In this document: positions 49,840-60,069 of the stretch, in pieces
Layout of the letters: each line of letters begins with the position of its first letter
Position numbering within the stretch: position 1 is the stretch's first letter
NCBI GenBank assembly: GCA_002304735.1
Contig: DBIU01000015.1
Coordinates: 13,314-77,313 of the forward strand
Direction of reading: 5' to 3'
DNA length: 64,000 nt
From: Ruminococcaceae bacterium UBA794
GTDB taxonomy: Bacteria; Bacillota; Clostridia; Oscillospirales; Ruminococcaceae
Translations under genes and position numbers: made by a program
The notes under the pieces: generated by a model
Seen by the model: the letters and a program-made list of their open reading frames with translations, nothing else
Databases searched by the model: none
What the model was told of the DNA's origin: nothing

Positions 49840-51351
49840 ATGGTACAGGTAACAGAGGACTTTCAAAACCTTGCTATGCAGCCCGGAAGAACCGTTTACT
49901 GCAAGATAATCGCCGGCAGCTATACCTATTACGACGACTCGATAATCGAATTTGACTTCGACGATATAGCTCACCCAGATTACTTCACAATCGGCTTAAC
50001 CTGCGCAAACCGCTTCGCTTTCTCCGTCCGTTATCGGGAGGACCTCGACGTCGGCGCGGAAGTCAAGCCTTATATCAGCTTCGACGGCGAAGAATGGTGT
50101 CCGCTGGGCGTCTTCTTCATATCGAGAAGATATGTCCGCGGAAGCTATGCTTCCATTATCTGCTATGACAGAATGTATTCTCTCGACGGCGAGTATTCAA
50201 GCTCTCTTGCCGTTCCCGCAACGACTTCCGCGCTGCTCCGCGAAATTTGCTCGAATTACGGCATAACCTGCTCGAATTTCGGCGGTGACTACGCGGTTTC
50301 GGAAATACCCTCCGGCTGCACGGTTAAAGATATGCTTGGCTATATCGCTTCGATGAACTGCGGGAATATTAAATTCGACCGAAACGGCGCGCTCTCGCTC
50401 AGACCGTTTGCCGCCGCGGGATATGAATTTTTCCTAAAGAAAAAGAACTGTATGGATATCGAGAAAAATATGAATTACTCCCAGACGCGGCGCGTTGTTG
50501 TCGATACCGGCGACGGCATTCTTGAAGCGGGTTCGGGCGGCGAGCTTCTCACAATCGAAATCTTCAATCCGCTTATGACTCAGGAAAGGCTCAATTTAAT
50601 CAGGAATAAGCTCACGCAGGTCTGCTTTTACGGCGCGGAAATCGAAATGCAGGGTCTGCCGTTCCTTGAGGCGGGAGATTTCGTCAACTACGTCGACGGC
50701 TCGGATATCATAGAATTTGCGCTCAGCGAGCTGAATTATCACTATGACGGCACGCTGACGGCAAAGCTTCATTCGAGAAACCGAAGCTATTCCGACCCGA
50801 TGGTTCACAAAAACGAGCTTGAAGCCGCGCTCGCAGAAATCCGAACGGCGCTCGGAAACGTATACGAAACGCGCACGAACGAGGCTGCTTTCGCGCTTTC
50901 CACGGTGGAAGCGGAAGCGGCGGCTTTCTCGTTTGAAACGAAGAAATCCAACGCATTCGCGCAGATTGACGTGAATTTCACCGTTGACGGCGGCGGCTCA
51001 AACACGCTTTATGCGGCGGTTTACGTTAACGGAGAAAAGAAGCGCGAGAGCGTTCACACGGTAAACGGCTCCGCAAGAGAGCTTCTTCACTTTCATTATC
51101 TCGCGGATAATCTGCCGAAAGGAAAAAACGCCGTTAAAATCACGCTCAGAACAGCAAGCGGACAAATGACCATTCAAAAAGGTCAGCTTGTCGCGACGCT
51201 GGTTGCAAAGGGTTTGGCGGGAGGGGCTAATAATATTCGCGACAGGCAGGTTATTTTCGACGATATTCCCATAATGAGGCTTAAAGCAAGGGTTTATAAA
51301 CTCGTCAATATCGCCTGCGACTTGCAGACGGAAATTAAGGAGGCAACATAA
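49840..51351 (+). CDS. Putative baseplate hub / tail-tip protein
   Basis: FTIG.T, EWCPLGVF, CYDRM, LGYIA....GN..FDRNGAL, NPLMT, GLPFLEAGD; beta-rich C-terminal domain. Confidence 0.6.
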   Translation: MVQVTEDFQNLAMQPGRTVYCKIIAGSYTYYDDSIIEFDFDDIAHPDYFTIGLTCANRFAFSVRYREDLDVGAEVKPYISFDGEEWCPLGVFFISRRYVRGSYASIICYDRMYSLDGEYSSSLAVPATTSALLREICSNYGITCSNFGGDYAVSEIPSGCTVKDMLGYIASMNCGNIKFDRNGALSLRPFAAAGYEFFLKKKNCMDIEKNMNYSQTRRVVVDTGDGILEAGSGGELLTIEIFNPLMTQERLNLIRNKLTQVCFYGAEIEMQGLPFLEAGDFVNYVDGSDIIEFALSELNYHYDGTLTAKLHSRNRSYSDPMVHKNELEAALAEIRTALGNVYETRTNEAAFALSTVEAEAAAFSFETKKSNAFAQIDVNFTVDGGGSNTLYAAVYVNGEKKRESVHTVNGSARELLHFHYLADNLPKGKNAVKITLRTASGQMTIQKGQLVATLVAKGLAGGANNIRDRQVIFDDIPIMRLKARVYKLVNIACDLQTEIKEAT

Positions 51352-52658
51352 TGCACGGAAAAGCGACTCTAATACTCACGGACAAGGACACGGGGCGGGT
51401 TGTGGAGCGGCGCGAGGAGCAAAATATGCTCACGAACGCGCTCGGCTCCATCTTCACGCTCCCGACGGAGCTTGGCTACTGCACGGCGTCTAAACCGCAG
51501 TTTAACGGCTATCTGCCGATGTACGGCGGTATTCTCAAGGGGCTTGTTCTTTTCGGGGAAACGCTCCCCGAGAACGCTTACGACTATATGACAAGCGCGA
51601 AATATCCCTTTCTCGCGACCGCGGGCGACCCTTATTCCGGCGCGGACCCTATGCGCGGCAGCTTCAACGCAAATCAGTCCTGCGAAATCGAAAACGGCTA
51701 TCGCTTCGTGTGGGATTTCGCGCCCGAAAAGGCTGTCGGGACGATAAAATGTCTTGCGCTTACGCACCGCTTTCACGGAAACTGCGGCAATCCCGCCGCT
51801 CAAAGCTCAAGCGACTCGTATTTTATGATTAATCCGACGGATTTGACGGACGCGATTAACACGAGCGTTTCGATTATAGATATGAACAGCGGCGACAGAT
51901 TTTTCCTCGAGAAGGAAAAGCGATTTTATTCCTACTCTTGGAGCGGCAGCACAGCCACAATCCGAAAATTTCGGCTTCCCGACCTGCTTGCAATCAAAAT
52001 CTGCGACAAAATCGAGCCTGTCGTTGAAAGCGAAACGCAGACTTCTCTCGGATTTGCGCCGCATTTGGCTTTTTACGACTCGGCAAGCGAGCGTCTTTAT
52101 TTTACGCAGACGGCCCTCTATTCGCAGAACGGCTCGAATTTCTACAAGGTAAAATACGCCGCCGTAAATCCCATAACGGGCGAGAAAACCGCGGGAAGCG
52201 ACGATTATATTTTGACGGGAGCGCCGGCGGGCAGCTCGGGAACGAAAGCGGTTGTTTTCGGAGAAAAGTTCTATATGATTTCTCCCGAGAACAAAATCAG
52301 CGTATGTTCGCTTTCGGGAACGCTTGAGCGGACGGTTGACTTCGGTCTTAACGCGCTTTACGGCTTTATTGCTATTGACGGGAAAATCGCGGCTGACTGC
52401 AAATTAACGTATGCGGGACGGCGCTGTTTGAAGTTCATAAACGAGCCGACAACCGCAATCAGCCACTCGTATAATCAGTATTATCCGATACCGTCGACTA
52501 TGCTCAAGGCGCCGTATTGCTTTATGCAGAACCCCTCGTACTCGTACGTCTACATCGGCTTCCGAACGGATTATCTCGCAACGATAAACAACCTCGCTTC
52601 GCCGCTCGTCAAAACCGACCAGCACGCGCTTCAGGTGAGGTACGAGGTGACGAATTGA
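51351..52658 (+). CDS. Putative tail fibre / receptor-binding protein
   Basis: Phage-type ends (G.ATL.LTD..TG......NMLTNAL; RGSFN...NGYRFVWDF; YLATINNL.SP.VKT....L.V.Y) around an aromatic-rich core; TAATG overlap. Confidence 0.55.
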   Translation: MHGKATLILTDKDTGRVVERREEQNMLTNALGSIFTLPTELGYCTASKPQFNGYLPMYGGILKGLVLFGETLPENAYDYMTSAKYPFLATAGDPYSGADPMRGSFNANQSCEIENGYRFVWDFAPEKAVGTIKCLALTHRFHGNCGNPAAQSSSDSYFMINPTDLTDAINTSVSIIDMNSGDRFFLEKEKRFYSYSWSGSTATIRKFRLPDLLAIKICDKIEPVVESETQTSLGFAPHLAFYDSASERLYFTQTALYSQNGSNFYKVKYAAVNPITGEKTAGSDDYILTGAPAGSSGTKAVVFGEKFYMISPENKISVCSLSGTLERTVDFGLNALYGFIAIDGKIAADCKLTYAGRRCLKFINEPTTAISHSYNQYYPIPSTMLKAPYCFMQNPSYSYVYIGFRTDYLATINNLASPLVKTDQHALQVRYEVTN

Positions 52659-52670
52659 CAGATAAAACTT

Positions 52671-52698
52671 CTGCCCCGAGAAAATCGGGGCAGTTTTT
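52671..52698 (+). terminator. Intrinsic terminator ending the phage-derived operon
   Basis: CTGCCCCGA-GAAAA-TCGGGGCAG plus T5. Confidence 0.85.
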
Positions 52699-52714
52699 CG
52701 GCTTTTTAAGAGCC

Positions 52715-52837
52715 TTAATTATTCTCAAAATAATGGCACTGCGACAAAAATGAAGCCGTCGAGTGCGACAAATCGTCAAGAGTGCAGAAGCCGTCGTTTT
52801 GCCAGCGGCAGTTTTCCGAGCAGGCAATCATATTCAT
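52715..52837 (-). CDS. 40-aa Cys-rich small protein (not in the ORF track)
   Basis: MNMIACSENCRWQNDGFCTLDDLSHSTASFLSQCHYFENN*; AAGGAGG RBS just upstream. Confidence 0.7.
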   Translation of the reverse strand: MNMIACSENCRWQNDGFCTLDDLSHSTASFLSQCHYFENN

Positions 52838-52904
52838 AAAAAACCTCCTTTTTCGATATTGCAAAAATATTTTTAATCCGTTTCGTGAGTTTATTCATAC
52901 ATTG

Positions 52905-52933
52905 TTGACAAAATACATTATGAGGTGTATAAT
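52905..52933 (+). promoter_or_regulatory. Consensus sigma-A promoter
   Basis: TTGACA-N17-TATAAT. Confidence 0.85.
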
Positions 52934-52957
52934 ATATAAGTACGATAGGAGTATTCT

Positions 52958-54292
52958 ATGAGTATTTTGATAAGAATAATCAGTCTGATTATCGTCTGCT
53001 TCACGGCGAACGCGCCGTTTATTCTTGAAAAAGCGCCGCTCGGAGTTAAGATTTCAACGGGAATTATTCTCGCGGTATTTTTCGTCTTGTGGAATATTTT
53101 CCCAAGCGTGAAAAAATACCCAAACGCGCGGCTTCGGCTGCTTGCGAACGGCGCGGAGCTTATTCTCGCGTTTATGATAAGCAGCGCTTCGGCTGTTCCC
53201 GCGGTTGTTTTCGAGATAATCGGGATTGCCGACGGAAGCGTGCCGTTTACGCATTGTTTGGCGCGGTTCGCGGCGCTTTTTCTGACGGAAACCGTGATTT
53301 TCTGGAACGGAATAATCCGCGTTTATCTTACGTCAATGCGCCTTGGAATAAAATACCGCGTGCTCGGACTTGTTTTCGGATACTTTTTCCCGATAAACCT
53401 CGTAATGCTGATGATAATTTACGTCAAATGCGTGGGAGAGGTTCGTTTTGAGCGCAGGAAAATCAAGCTTGACGAAAGCCGCCGCGACGAGCGTATCTGC
53501 GCGACAAAATATCCCGTTCTTCTCGTTCACGGAGTGTTCTTTCGCGACAGCAGGCTGTTCAACTACTGGGGAAGAATACCCGCGGCTCTCGAGCGAAACG
53601 GCGCGGAGATTTTCTACGGCGAGCAGCAAAGCGCGCTTTCGGTTATTGAAAGCTCAAAGGAGCTTGCCGACAGGATAAAGGAAATAACCGCGAGAACGGG
53701 CTGCGGAAAGGTGAATATAATCGCTCACTCAAAGGGCGGACTTGACGCGAGATACGCGATAACAAAGCTCGGCTGCGCGGAGCAGGTCGCTTCGCTCACG
53801 ACCGTAAATACCCCGCATCACGGCTGTATTTTTGCCGAGAGCCTGCTTCATACGATGTCGCCGCGCCTAAAAAGGTTCATCGAGAGGACGTACAACAGAG
53901 CGTTTTATCGGCTCGGGGACAATTCTCCCGACTTTATGGCGGCGGTGAAAACGCTCACGAAAAGCTATTGCGAGGAGTTCAACCGCGATGTTCCCGATAT
54001 TTCGGGGATTTATTATCAGTCAGTCGGCTCAAAGGCGAAAAGCCGCCGAAGCGGGCGGTTTCCGCTGAATTTCAGTTATCCGATAGTAAAAAAGTTCGAC
54101 GGCGACAACGACGGTCTTGTCGCGACGGCTTCGGCGAAGTGGGGCGAGAGATTTATCCCGCTTTACCCGAAAGGCAGGCGCGGAATAACCCATGCGGACG
54201 TAATCGACCTCAACCGCGAGGATATAAAAGGCTTCGACGTGCAGGAGTTTTACGTCAAGCTTGTCGCGGAGCTTAAAGAAAAGGGATTATAA
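52958..54292 (+). CDS. Membrane-anchored triacylglycerol lipase / alpha-beta hydrolase
   Basis: N-terminal TMs; YPVLLVHG, AHSKGG nucleophile elbow, TPHHG, NDGLV, H. Confidence 0.9.
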   Translation: MSILIRIISLIIVCFTANAPFILEKAPLGVKISTGIILAVFFVLWNIFPSVKKYPNARLRLLANGAELILAFMISSASAVPAVVFEIIGIADGSVPFTHCLARFAALFLTETVIFWNGIIRVYLTSMRLGIKYRVLGLVFGYFFPINLVMLMIIYVKCVGEVRFERRKIKLDESRRDERICATKYPVLLVHGVFFRDSRLFNYWGRIPAALERNGAEIFYGEQQSALSVIESSKELADRIKEITARTGCGKVNIIAHSKGGLDARYAITKLGCAEQVASLTTVNTPHHGCIFAESLLHTMSPRLKRFIERTYNRAFYRLGDNSPDFMAAVKTLTKSYCEEFNRDVPDISGIYYQSVGSKAKSRRSGRFPLNFSYPIVKKFDGDNDGLVATASAKWGERFIPLYPKGRRGITHADVIDLNREDIKGFDVQEFYVKLVAELKEKGL

Positions 54293-54312
54293 TTGACGTA
54301 AAGGAGAAAAAA

Positions 54313-55290
54313 GTGGCGGATTTATCAATAAACGTAAGCGGCGCGGAAGAAATAAGCGCGGTTTTCGGCGATTTCGACCGAAATATAAATCTAATTCAAA
54401 AAGCGTTCTCCGTGACGATTTTCTCGCGCGGAAGCGAGATTAAGGTAAGCGGCGACGACGAAATTTCCGTTAAAAAGGCGGAAAAAGCGATAAAAACGCT
54501 CTGCGGCTACTTTTCGCGCGGCGAAAACATTGAGGAGCAGCAGGTTCGCTATGCAATCGCAATGGTAAACGAGGGCGCGGAGGAGGAAATCTCGGCGGTT
54601 TCGGGGGACTGCGTTTGCGTGACGTGCGCGGGAAAGCCGATTAAGCCGAAAACCGTGGGGCAGAAAAAGTACTGCGATATGATAAGAAAGCGCACAATAA
54701 CGTTCGGCGTCGGTCCTGCGGGAACGGGAAAAACATATCTTGCGGTCGCGCTTGCGGTAACTGCGTTTAAGCAGAAGCAGGTTCAGCGGATTATACTCAC
54801 AAGACCCGCGGTCGAGGCGGGCGAAAAGCTCGGATTTCTTCCGGGCGACTTGCAGAATAAGGTTGACCCATACCTCAGACCGCTCTACGACGCGCTTTTT
54901 GAGATGCTCGGGCAGGAGAGCTTCGCAAAGCTTCAGGAGCGCGGAACAATCGAAGTCGCGCCGCTCGCGTATATGCGCGGAAGAACGCTCGACGACAGCT
55001 TCATAATTCTCGATGAAGCGCAGAATACCACGCGCGAACAGATGAAGATGTTCCTCACAAGGCTTGGGTTTAACTCGAAAATGGTTATCACGGGCGATAT
55101 AACGCAGATTGACCTGCCCGAAAGCAAAAAATCGGGGCTTGTCGAGGCGCTGAAAGTGCTGAAAAACGTCGAGGATATCGGGGAGAATTTCTTCACGGAA
55201 AAAGACGTTGTGCGCCACAGACTCGTGCAGGATATCGTGAACGCTTATGAGCAGTACAACGGCTCGCGGCGCGAAAGAAGAACGAAATAA
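54313..55290 (+). CDS. phoH: PhoH-family ATPase
   Basis: GPAGTGKT, RPAVEAGEKLGFLPGD, MRGRTL, DEAQN, GDITQID. Confidence 0.96.
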   Translation: MADLSINVSGAEEISAVFGDFDRNINLIQKAFSVTIFSRGSEIKVSGDDEISVKKAEKAIKTLCGYFSRGENIEEQQVRYAIAMVNEGAEEEISAVSGDCVCVTCAGKPIKPKTVGQKKYCDMIRKRTITFGVGPAGTGKTYLAVALAVTAFKQKQVQRIILTRPAVEAGEKLGFLPGDLQNKVDPYLRPLYDALFEMLGQESFAKLQERGTIEVAPLAYMRGRTLDDSFIILDEAQNTTREQMKMFLTRLGFNSKMVITGDITQIDLPESKKSGLVEALKVLKNVEDIGENFFTEKDVVRHRLVQDIVNAYEQYNGSRRERRTK

Positions 55291-55312
55291 CGGCGTGTAA
55301 AAAGGAGTTAAA

Positions 55313-55783
55313 ATGAAAATTTACGTTTACTATTCCGATGAACAGGACAAAATAAAGCTCGATTTCAACGCGGAGGAGCTTATTGAAAAATGCACGGAAC
55401 AGGCGCTCGTTGAGGAAGAAATCGACGAAAGCGCGGAGGTTTCCGTGACGTTTGTAGATAACGAAAAAATACGCGCCTTGAATAACGAACACCGCGGGAT
55501 TGACCGAGAAACTGACGTGCTTTCGTTCCCCGCGTTCACGGACGACGGCTTTGAGGTTAATCCCGAAAACGACGCGATAATTCTCGGCGATATCGTGATT
55601 TCACTTGAAAAAGCAAAGGCGCAGAGCGAGGAATACGGACATTCGATGCTGCGCGAAACCGCGTTTTTGATAGCGCACTCGCTGTTTCATCTTCTCGGCT
55701 ACGACCACGAAACCGAAGCCGAGGAAAAGGAAATGTTTGAGAAGCAGGAAAACGTTTTGCAAAGGCTCGGTATAACAAGATGA
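55313..55783 (+). CDS. ybeY: rRNA maturation RNase YbeY
   Basis: TDVLSFP, LGDIVIS, HSLFHLLGYDH. Confidence 0.96.
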   Translation: MKIYVYYSDEQDKIKLDFNAEELIEKCTEQALVEEEIDESAEVSVTFVDNEKIRALNNEHRGIDRETDVLSFPAFTDDGFEVNPENDAIILGDIVISLEKAKAQSEEYGHSMLRETAFLIAHSLFHLLGYDHETEAEEKEMFEKQENVLQRLGITR

Positions 55784-56235
55784 GCTTTTTCAAGGGATTT
55801 TTCTATGCGGGACGCGGAATAATAGGCGCTTTCTCCGAGCGGAATTTCAGATTTCACCTGTGCGCTGCGGCGGCGGTAATTTTCTTCGGAGCGAAGTTCT
55901 ATTCGTTCGGCAGGACGGAGTGGGCGGTTCTGCTTCTGACGTGCGCCGCGGTACTGTCGCTGGAAGCCGTGAACACGGCGCTTGAGCGGCTCTGCGACAA
56001 GGTTTCCCCCGAAAAGGACGAGCTTATCCGAAAAACCAAGGATATTTCGGCGGGAGCGGTTCTGATATCGGCAATTTTCGCGGCGGTTATCGGGGCTTTG
56101 TTCTTTTGGGATACCGAAAAATTCGCCGTCATCGCAGAGTACTTCTCCGAGCCGCTAAGGCTTGTTATTTTAATAATATGCATTATAGCGGCGGCGCTGT
56201 TCGTTTTTCTTCCGAGGCGTTCAAAAAAAGAATAA
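55780..56235 (+). CDS. dgkA: Diacylglycerol/undecaprenol kinase
   Basis: ERNFRFH, EAVNTALERLCD, KDISAGAVL. Confidence 0.92.
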   Translation: MSFFKGFFYAGRGIIGAFSERNFRFHLCAAAAVIFFGAKFYSFGRTEWAVLLLTCAAVLSLEAVNTALERLCDKVSPEKDELIRKTKDISAGAVLISAIFAAVIGALFFWDTEKFAVIAEYFSEPLRLVILIICIIAAALFVFLPRRSKKE

Positions 56236-56292
56236 AGAAAAAGGGGGAAAGCGAAAGGTCGCCTCACATAGGGATTAAATAACCTTGAAAAG

Positions 56293-58039
<1,747 letters not shown>

Positions 58040-58067
58040 TCAATGACGTATGCGCAGTTTGCAATTC

Positions 58068-58253
58068 TTAAGTATGTATCGGCAAAGTGTTAATTTTATT
58101 GCTGCCGCTGTCCAGTATCATTCTTTTAACCTTATTATAAAGGCTTTCTTTTGCCAGGTCGCTTTCTATAGAGATTACGGTGAAAATCGTTTCTCCAACC
58201 TGCATTTCAGAAACTCGGCATGGCTTCTTTGTAATTATATCGTTCAAATCCAT
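58068..58253 (-). CDS. Transposon-encoded TnpW-family protein
   Basis: QVGETIFTV.S.....AKESLYNKVKRMI; AAGGAG RBS; directly upstream of the recombinase. Confidence 0.75.
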   Translation of the reverse strand: MDLNDIITKKPCRVSEMQVGETIFTVISIESDLAKESLYNKVKRMILDSGSNKINTLPIHT

Positions 58254-58330
58254 TATGTTCTCCTTTCTTCTGCAATTGTCTGACGTAATTCCCCTGCAAG
58301 CAATGCTCACAGGGGATTGCCTGCAAATCG

Positions 58331-59269
58331 TCAATCGGTAATCTGCATAACCTTTATGGCTTCAGATTTTACAAGTTTCCCGTCGAGAAGTTCGTATGCC
58401 AGATAGCCAATGCAGTCTACGTTGGCAAACTGTTCGGTGAGTGTTCGTATGCTTACAGGACGTCTGCAAATTATCCAGTAATAACTGAAGTCGCCGAAAG
58501 CAATCGGTTTGCTGCCAGATTCAGCAGCAGGCATAAATTCGGAAATGCACACCTTATGCCCCAGAATGGTATCATTAGCATGATTCCAGATAGGCTGCCC
58601 AGCATTATCCTTAAGTGAACGGAGTGCAAGAGCGGTTTCATCATTCATAAGCCAAGTGCCGTGCTTACGGTATTCCGGCTTTACCGAAAAGAACAGGTTG
58701 ACTACATTGTCGAATGTCAGTTTGTCGGCAGCTACACCGTTTTCAGCGCCTCCGTTTTCAGAGAGGATACCGACAGGCGATTCTTTGCCGTTGCCATTGA
58801 TGAATCCATAATCTTCTGCTCTACCGAAGTTTTTAGCCAGACGTTTGACCAGATAATTCTCAATATTGAAAAACGGGTCGCAGACGAGCGTGTTCTCCAG
58901 CTTAAGGAATACTGCTATTTTGTGTCTTGAAATAGTGATATCGCTGAAGTCGCCTATACCGGTCTGAATCGGAATGGAGCCTCCCTCCGGAACCCAGACT
59001 GCCACGTCATCGGTGCTGACAGTTTTTATTCGGCTGTCGTGGTCATAAATTCGCATATCGGCAGCGAGAGTGCGGAACACGCTTTCCTCTTTGATGGCAG
59101 GCATAAACATTTCCTGTCCTCTTGGCGAAAGAGTATAAGCGCCGGTGGTGGGTTCAACCCCGTTATTCAAGGTTTCTCTATTGATTGTTTTCCCGCGCAT
59201 AGCGTTCCAAAAGTGAATTTCGTAGTCACGGTTCTCGATTTTTGGCAACATTTTAGAATAAATGCTCAT
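58331..59269 (-). CDS. HK97-family major capsid protein homologue with short N-terminus
   Basis: FWNAMR, AVWVPEG, AED.GFINGNG...P.GI, WLMND.T...LR.LKD.AGQPIW, IAFGDFSYYWI, DGKLV..EAIK. Confidence 0.88.
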   Translation of the reverse strand: MSIYSKMLPKIENRDYEIHFWNAMRGKTINRETLNNGVEPTTGAYTLSPRGQEMFMPAIKEESVFRTLAADMRIYDHDSRIKTVSTDDVAVWVPEGGSIPIQTGIGDFSDITISRHKIAVFLKLENTLVCDPFFNIENYLVKRLAKNFGRAEDYGFINGNGKESPVGILSENGGAENGVAADKLTFDNVVNLFFSVKPEYRKHGTWLMNDETALALRSLKDNAGQPIWNHANDTILGHKVCISEFMPAAESGSKPIAFGDFSYYWIICRRPVSIRTLTEQFANVDCIGYLAYELLDGKLVKSEAIKVMQITD

Positions 59270-59287
59270 TGTTTTTCCTCCTTGGTG

Positions 59288-59503
59288 TTAGTGGTTGTCG
59301 TTAGGCGTAAGTGACAGATCGAAGTCCTTACAGAAGCTTTCCAGATCCTCGCAATCCATTTCGAATTCGATGAAAGGCGCATGACTTGTGCGGCAGATGA
59401 AAAAATCTCTGCTGACGGTCAGCGGAGTGTTATCCTGAGAATACACGGTGACCTTATCATGCTTGCGAAGCTGGGTTTCAAAATAATCTTTGGTTATATT
59501 CAT
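59288..59503 (-). CDS. Small hypothetical protein (paralogue A)
   Basis: 71 aa with AGGAGG RBS; similar to 59642-59863. Confidence 0.75.
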   Translation of the reverse strand: MNITKDYFETQLRKHDKVTVYSQDNTPLTVSRDFFICRTSHAPFIEFEMDCEDLESFCKDFDLSLTPNDNH

Positions 59504-59523
59504 AAGTTGAACCTCCTATATAT

Positions 59524-59620
59524 GGGGGGGTAATACCCCGTTTGAACCGGAATTTTTGTGCGTAAGACCCACGCCCGCTGTCCTAGAGAGCAACCACAGA
59601 GATTGTGACCGCCCCTAGGG
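59524..59620 (-). other. Putative cos-type packaging site
   Basis: Minus strand GGGGCGGTCACAATCTCTG...GGACAGCGGGCGTGGGTCTTACGCACAAAAATTCCGGTTCAAACGGGGTAT resembles the non-coding block I recall between HNH and terS in Firmicutes HK97-like phages. Confidence 0.55.
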
Positions 59621-59641
59621 CGCGGAAATACACAGAATAAA

Positions 59642-59863
59642 TCAATCAATTGTTATAACTGAATTCAAGCAAAGACCATGCTTGTTGTAGAAAGACATGA
59701 ACTCATCGTATGTCTTAAAAGTTATCTTGCAGTTTCCGCCGCACATAGCAATCTTATACTGCTTTTCAAAAGTAACGGAAGTACCGTCTTTTTTGTAAAC
59801 CGTGAGAGAATTGAACTTGCGGAAGTGTTCCTGCAAAAATTCCTTGGTAATTCTTGTACCCAT
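59642..59863 (-). CDS. Small hypothetical protein (paralogue B)
   Basis: 73 aa with AAGGAGG RBS; similar to 59288-59503. Confidence 0.75.
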   Translation of the reverse strand: MGTRITKEFLQEHFRKFNSLTVYKKDGTSVTFEKQYKIAMCGGNCKITFKTYDEFMSFYNKHGLCLNSVITID

Positions 59864-59973
59864 ATCTTTTCCTCCTTAATGTTGCAAGCGTTGACCACAG
59901 ACCGGCAACGCTCTTTTTGTTGTCTTTTCTGACGCTGTATCTATTCAATCATAGGCACCACCTCCTTTCCGCT

Positions 59974-60059
59974 TGGGGCAATGTGGCAAGTAATTATGGT
60001 TATCTTCAAGATTAAATATTATATAGAGATATACTATAATCATCTGCCACACTGCCCCA
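59974..60059. other. Putative replication origin: 15-bp inverted repeats flanking an AT-rich core
   Basis: TGGGGCAATGTGGCA (59974-59988) and TGCCACACTGCCCCA (60045-60059), 14/15 complementary, immediately downstream of the primase-helicase gene. Confidence 0.6.
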
Positions 60060-60069
60060 GTCCTGTGAT

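Larger units (their letters stand above)
45634..52658 (+). other. Compact phage-derived structural operon (candidate domesticated GTA-like or tailless particle)
   Basis: Eight co-oriented intact ORFs in phage morphogenesis order, flanked by housekeeping genes, with no integrase, terminase, replication or lysis gene. Confidence 0.75.

Noticed and set aside
56236..56292. Exact att site of the serine-recombinase element
   Set aside because: The other end lies outside the window and serine recombinase cores are too short to identify from one side
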